64,000 bases of DNA from Minisyncoccota bacterium (GTDB taxonomy: Bacteria > Patescibacteriota > Minisyncoccia > Phycocordibacterales > UBA918): positions 2 to 64,001 of the forward strand of contig JAWKSP010000001.1 in NCBI GenBank assembly GCA_041389025.1, read 5' to 3'. Below are positions 59,070-64,000 of this stretch, piece after piece. The position numbers and the translations under genes were made by a program. Below the pieces are notes generated by a model. That model did not search any database, was not told the origin of the DNA, and saw nothing but the letters and a program-made list of their open reading frames with translations. Position 1 is the stretch's first letter. Each line of letters starts with the position of its first letter.

Positions 59070-59448
59070 GAGAAATTCCCCCTACTAAAAAATTGAACCA
59101 ATCAAAACTATACCACATTTATATAAAAAAGCAAAAACCCTACCGAAGTAGAGTTGCATCTTTTTCTCATATAGATTATACGAGAAAATTTTAAATTTAA
59201 GAACAAACAATATGCAAAGATCAAAAGACGGCAAGTTATGTATAAATAAGGCACGGCAGACAGTCCAGCTGTGGCGGTGCGTTAATTTATAATATAGCGG
59301 CGATTTGATTTATCGGTACAATCTCGGCAGACAGTCTTATTTTAAGCTGTGGCGGAGAGACGGATAGTATGCATATTTTGGTTTTGAAAAGAAAAAGTTT
59401 TGATGACGAGCGAGCAAGCTCGCTCGTCATTTGTTGCAATTGCTATTT

Positions 59449-60732
59449 TTAAGACACTTGCTTTAACCTAACTGGAAATAACAGGTCTTGCTTATCAGCT
59501 TTTTTAATCATCTTAACAAGACTTCGGGTATTAATGTCAACAATACGCTCTCTTTTTTCACCAGCGTTTCGCGGTATGTTTACCTTAAGCTGATTTTTAT
59601 TGATGCGAGTAACAGTCACCGTTATTTCAGCAGTATCACTACCAAAAGGTTTAGTGACAAGAACGCTGACACTATTAGTGTCACTATCTTTGTCATAACT
59701 TAAGGAATTGATATTTTCTTTACTAAGTAGATGTTTGTCATGTATGACGATCCCAGATAAATCAACAACCTCCTCATCAACCAACTCTTCCAGATCATCA
59801 ACCTGCTCTTCCAGATCATCAAACCGACCATTTACCGAAGCAAATTTTCTTTTGGTTGATATATTAAATCGCCACAAAGCAATCAAAATACCGATAATAA
59901 TAAGAGACAAAGTACCGAACCCTACAAGACCCCAAATTGGGTATCTCTGCATTTTTCTTAGCTCAGCCTCAACCCTTTGCAGCCCACGAGTAGCCTCACC
60001 AAGTAACTTCTGATGACCTTCTTGCACGCCGACGTTAGTAGAATGACCAAGAGCTAATTCCCTTTGCGCTTGCTCAAGCTTTCCCATCAAAGAGCGTAAC
60101 GACTCCAACTCACCCTCAAGTTCATTAATTTTCTGAACCTTAGTGGCGTTATCAGAGTTTTGTTCTCGCAAACGAGCTATTTCAGCTTCTTGCCTCTTTA
60201 TCCGCTCTTGATTGTCCTGAAACTGCTTGGCAAACAAGTAAGCTGGATCTACTTCAGGTTTGGAGCTGGGTTTGATAATTTTTGTTTCCGTTTTTTCAAC
60301 AGAAACAGGTTCATTATTTGACCCAGCTTGTGAAAAAAAACCTGGTGCAATATGAAACAGTCCTCGGTTATCACGAATCTGAAAAAACTCCTCCACAGTG
60401 AGTTGGGCCGGCAGATTATTGTACTTAACCCACGCTTCCGCACACTTAAGAGGGTTATCCCTTATTCGCTCAGGCAATTTATCGAATGCATAAAACGCTC
60501 GAGTTTCAGCATTCGCACCCATCGTCTCACAGGCAGCCACTCCAAGTGCAAAAGCAAGTCCGTATTGCTGAATCACTTTCGGCACATCTGCATAGTTTAC
60601 AAATTGCTTCATAGCTTCTGGTGTCATTTTAGTAAAAGCTGGTTTTGGCTCAAAGACCTCTTCCGCCACTACCAACAAACTACACGTCAAAAAATAAAAC
60701 AAAATAGCAATTTTAGTGAATTTTTTCATCAC
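59449..60732 (-). CDS. Secreted/membrane coiled-coil hypothetical protein (SD-led)
   Basis: Signal peptide, long coiled coil, internal TM; AAGGAG SD. Confidence 0.75.
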   Translation of the reverse strand: MMKKFTKIAILFYFLTCSLLVVAEEVFEPKPAFTKMTPEAMKQFVNYADVPKVIQQYGLAFALGVAACETMGANAETRAFYAFDKLPERIRDNPLKCAEAWVKYNNLPAQLTVEEFFQIRDNRGLFHIAPGFFSQAGSNNEPVSVEKTETKIIKPSSKPEVDPAYLFAKQFQDNQERIKRQEAEIARLREQNSDNATKVQKINELEGELESLRSLMGKLEQAQRELALGHSTNVGVQEGHQKLLGEATRGLQRVEAELRKMQRYPIWGLVGFGTLSLIIIGILIALWRFNISTKRKFASVNGRFDDLEEQVDDLEELVDEEVVDLSGIVIHDKHLLSKENINSLSYDKDSDTNSVSVLVTKPFGSDTAEITVTVTRINKNQLKVNIPRNAGEKRERIVDINTRSLVKMIKKADKQDLLFPVRLKQVS

Positions 60733-60883
60733 TTTTTCTCCTTTTCAAAGTTTCAAAGTTCTTCACGAGCTATTCTCGTGTTGGCAATCTTGTACCATAT
60801 TTTTTACAAAAATGCAAGCGTATGGTGTTTGAAATAGAAAAAAGCGGGATGTAAGCGTCCCGCTTTAGTTTTGCAAAATTTTT

Positions 60884-61318
60884 TTACATTTGTTTAGCTG
60901 GCAATCGAAAACCAACTTCGCTTCGGCCAATTTTTAGAAATTGGTCAATTGAAATCAATTCAACGATTCCCACCAAATTCCCGTTGCGATCAATCCTTGC
61001 TAATTCTTCATGTAAGCCGGCATTATAACCAAGGAAAGCATCAGTATAGCCATCGATTGTTCTATACTCTTCTGGTACAAACTTAAGACAATCATTTTTT
61101 TCAGCTTCTTGTCTGGCAAATACACCGAGAATTCTCGGCGAGAATTTGTTGTCATTAATATAATTAGCAAATTTTGCCAGAAAGTCACCCCTACCGAGAC
61201 CGGTCTCAACTATAAATATTTTCTCAAAACAAACGTTATTCTGAGTATTTTGTGCTAAAACTGGTTGAACGAACAATAGTAATGTACAAATCGAAAATAT
61301 AAAAAATACCTTCTTCAT
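60884..61318 (-). CDS. Secreted hypothetical protein (SD-led)
   Basis: MKKVFF..VLA/Q signal; AGGAG before ATG 61318. Confidence 0.7.
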   Translation of the reverse strand: MKKVFFIFSICTLLLFVQPVLAQNTQNNVCFEKIFIVETGLGRGDFLAKFANYINDNKFSPRILGVFARQEAEKNDCLKFVPEEYRTIDGYTDAFLGYNAGLHEELARIDRNGNLVGIVELISIDQFLKIGRSEVGFRLPAKQM

Positions 61319-61443
61319 TTCAATACTCCTACTCAAATTAAAAAGTTGGCCTTCTATTTTATAACACATTTTTCACAAAAAAGCAAGAAAAACAGGTGTA
61401 ATGTTTCTACATCACACCTGTTGTTTGTAGTAGGACTAAAAGT

Positions 61444-61956
61444 TTATTTTGCCCACAATATTTGACCACCTGAACCCATAGTGTTACTCATTTCAGTTAT
61501 AGATTCAGACATAGATCCAGATTGAGCCATAGGATTACTAACATTGAACAGACCACAGTTAAATCCACGACACGCTTTAGCTGCCATAGCTTCTCTGAAG
61601 AAGTGACCTTGAATAGCCGCCGCTCCAGTACCACCTAGCACTGCCAGAATGGCTCTGTCGAGAATAGAATCAGATTCAAGTATATGAACAGTCCTCTTCC
61701 AATTACCACTAAGCTGTTCACCGGTTTCAGGATTAACTCCGCCTAAATTTTCGCCAGTAACAGGATCAATTCCTCGCCAGTCGGCAACAACCAGAGTTAC
61801 CACCTTGCCATTCAAATGAGTCCGGTTAGTAACTGTCTCCAGTCTAGCAGAATCAGTTTCTGTACTTGATTTTTTTGTGTAGATGTTTGACGCACATCCT
61901 GACAAAAATAACATCAAAGCTAAAAACAGTAGCAATAGAAACTTATTTCTATTCAT
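61444..61956 (-). CDS. Hypothetical lipoprotein (SD-led)
   Basis: LSGC lipobox; AGGAGGT SD inside the upstream gene end. Confidence 0.75.
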   Translation of the reverse strand: MNRNKFLLLLFLALMLFLSGCASNIYTKKSSTETDSARLETVTNRTHLNGKVVTLVVADWRGIDPVTGENLGGVNPETGEQLSGNWKRTVHILESDSILDRAILAVLGGTGAAAIQGHFFREAMAAKACRGFNCGLFNVSNPMAQSGSMSESITEMSNTMGSGGQILWAK

Positions 61957-62314
61957 TTTCTTTTACCTCCTCTTCAATGTAGTATGGTGGTGGACAATCA
62001 GGGTATATATCAACCCTAAGATGTGAAGTTGATGTCGGAAAATATCCAGCACCACCAATACCACCGCCACCATCACAGTTACAAAAACCAACCATGACCG
62101 GTGTAATAAAACCACCACCGCCACTCTGAGTATAATACTTCTCTTCTCTTACTTTACACTCAGGTATTACCAAGACCTGTCTCATAACAACTTCTTTTGG
62201 TGCAGGATCAACTGACAACAAAGTAGACTTTGAACTAATTTTGTTATCAGCCAAAACTAAAGAAGAAAGGCTCAAGAAAACAATTGAAACTAAAACAAAA
62301 ATTTTAATCTTCAT
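61949..62314 (-). CDS. Secreted Gly/Cys-containing hypothetical protein (SD-led)
   Basis: VLA/D signal; AAGGAG SD. Confidence 0.7.
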   Translation of the reverse strand: MKIKIFVLVSIVFLSLSSLVLADNKISSKSTLLSVDPAPKEVVMRQVLVIPECKVREEKYYTQSGGGGFITPVMVGFCNCDGGGGIGGAGYFPTSTSHLRVDIYPDCPPPYYIEEEVKENE

Positions 62315-62484
62315 TTAAATAACTCCTTCTTTGCAAAGAACACAAAAATAACTGTGTGCCAACCTTTTACCATATTTTTTACAAAAAAGCAACTATGTGG
62401 TGACAAAAAAACGTTGGCCGAATTACTGTGGCCAACGTTTTAATAATACTTATTATTTTGTTTGAAGAAAATTTCCGAAAATTT

Positions 62485-62946
62485 TTACGGCTGATAATTC
62501 TGCCAGAATGCACCTACACCAGCATCAAATATACCATGTGAGCTGGTTACAGCAGTAGACCCAGCCGGACCACCTTCAGTCATTGACTGATTAAAGGCAC
62601 CGGAGTGCGAAGATACGAAGCCTTCAAATCCAACAACCGCTTGGTTATTAGCGCAGTCAGCTGTGCAATCAGAATTTGGCGCAAAAATTGTCCCAGTCGT
62701 ATCGGTGCGAAGTTTCATATTTTCCTCCACTTTGGCAAAGGTTTCAGTTTTAGTGAAATCACCATAACCCCAACCTTCAGAATCAGATTGAACATTGGAA
62801 TTGAATTCTCCAAACCCCACAACTCCAAAAGCTGATTCTCCGGTATTTCCTCCCATGTCCGAACACCCGTATACACAGGTAGCAGAAGCGGTCGCTGAAA
62901 AGAAAAACAGAACAGAAACAACGATAGACAAAAAAATGGTTTTCAT
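62485..62946 (-). CDS. Secreted Gly/Ser-rich hypothetical protein
   Basis: MKTIFL..ASA signal; AAGGA before ATG 62946; long structured leader. Confidence 0.7.
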   Translation of the reverse strand: MKTIFLSIVVSVLFFFSATASATCVYGCSDMGGNTGESAFGVVGFGEFNSNVQSDSEGWGYGDFTKTETFAKVEENMKLRTDTTGTIFAPNSDCTADCANNQAVVGFEGFVSSHSGAFNQSMTEGGPAGSTAVTSSHGIFDAGVGAFWQNYQP

Positions 62947-63202
62947 CTCAATTTCCTTTTTAAAAAATTTATTTAAAATAACAAAGTTGGAGTGATGTTG
63001 AGTAACAAAAGTCACCCAACATCGATTTTTGCCCCGCCGAAGCGGGGAGTTTGGCGAATTGTCTAACTAATTTGACTATCCCCACTCCAACGGAACTGGC
63101 ACTAATATACATGGATTTAAAAATATGTCAAGCAAGTAATTGTGAACTTTTGTCAATGTCTAAATTTGCAAAACTTTTAGACTTTTTAAATACTTTTCTA
63201 AT

Positions 63203-63745
63203 TTAGTTGCATAAAAAGTACACAATATTATCATCATCATAAGCACAGGCATTTGAAGAAGTGTTTCCATTTGGTCCACACGAAACCAACACACTAGAGT
63301 TTGTAGCTCCGCCGTCATCTATACCTCGACAACCTCTAGTGTTAGGTCTACACTCGTAATCTTCATCTAGATAATATGGTTCACCCCATGGATCAATTGC
63401 ATTTTTTATATACGGACCTCTCCAACTAGAACCAAAACTTCCATCTGTACCAACAAGACCTGAAGTATTCAAAGATAAATCTTTTTCATTATTACCAGGA
63501 AGAGGGGGTGAAAACGGTGGACAGTAATTAGAGTTTCCATTTGGATATATATTTGTATCTAAATTTAGCATTGTCATAGCTTTAAAGATACTATTAAGTT
63601 CAGCTTGTGCCTTAGCTATTTTGGCTTGCTCCCTCGCATCATTTAGAGATGCTAATACTACCGCTGCTAAAATACCAATAATCGCGATCACTACCAAAAG
63701 TTCTATTAGAGTAAAGCCTTTTATTGAAAAGCTATTTTTTTTCAT
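63203..63745 (-). CDS. Type IV pilin / GspG-like prepilin
   Basis: KGFTLIELLVVIAIIGILAA N-methylation motif; WRGPY..DPWG. Confidence 0.92.
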   Translation of the reverse strand: MKKNSFSIKGFTLIELLVVIAIIGILAAVVLASLNDAREQAKIAKAQAELNSIFKAMTMLNLDTNIYPNGNSNYCPPFSPPLPGNNEKDLSLNTSGLVGTDGSFGSSWRGPYIKNAIDPWGEPYYLDEDYECRPNTRGCRGIDDGGATNSSVLVSCGPNGNTSSNACAYDDDNIVYFLCN

Positions 63746-63864
63746 AACACTATAAAAATAATTCCTTAAATTATAACATCCTCTGTTACCTAACTAAGCT
63801 TAGTTTTACTATTCCCTAATTATTGGTTGAAATTGATGTAAAAATGGGTACAATGCCAAATACT

Positions 63865-64000
63865 ATGTCTAAAATCGAAACCATTGTTATATCAGTTGGT
63901 GGTTCACTGATAGTACCGGATCAGATTGATACGGCTTTTTTAACCAAACTTAAAAATTTTATTACTGAAGAAACGACCAATAATGGTCGTCGTTTTATTA
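63865..64000 (+). CDS. pyrH: UMP kinase (5' fragment)
   Basis: Manual translation MSKIETIVISVGGSLIVPDQIDTAFL...; truncated by window end. Confidence 0.75.
   Translation, partial: MSKIETIVISVGGSLIVPDQIDTAFLTKLKNFITEETTNNGRRFI

Noticed and set aside
58329-63015. Integron cassette array
   Set aside because: Intergenic hairpins lack RYYYAAC/GTTRRRY attC ends, each unit has its own promoter, and no integrase is seen.

Overview
AT-rich chromosomal segment that looks like a Patescibacteria/CPR (Parcubacteria-type) genome, with nearly all genes on the minus strand. In order, it carries: large secreted repeat proteins; two HTH-membrane proteins; gatB, obgE, secA, a histone H1-like protein and murB; an O-antigen-ligase/TPR protein and Wzx flippase followed by about 15 kb of glycosyl/methyl/formyl-transferase genes; a defective IS982; yvcK, a coupling-protein-like ATPase, an LDT-carboxypeptidase fusion, rsmI, an NYN nuclease, a HicA-type TA pair, murC and a murD-NUDIX fusion; tRNA-Ile(GAT); a solitary 16S rRNA gene containing a GIY-YIG-encoding insertion; a run of orphan secreted proteins; a type IV pilin; and the start of pyrH. 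The most striking observation is that the 16S 3' end lacks the anti-Shine-Dalgarno (GGAUUAAUUCC instead of GGAUCACCUCC) and housekeeping genes are leaderless or SD-less, yet about 13 mostly orphan secreted/membrane genes carry strong, well-spaced SD motifs and mostly their own -35/-10 promoters. Also notable are a five-copy family of about 75-nt double-hairpin elements with covarying stems (one inside the T-loop of a decayed tRNA duplicate), a tRNA clamped by 14-bp complementary flanks, and a candidate sRNA convergent with the NYN gene. Product calls come from motif recognition only; no database searches were run.
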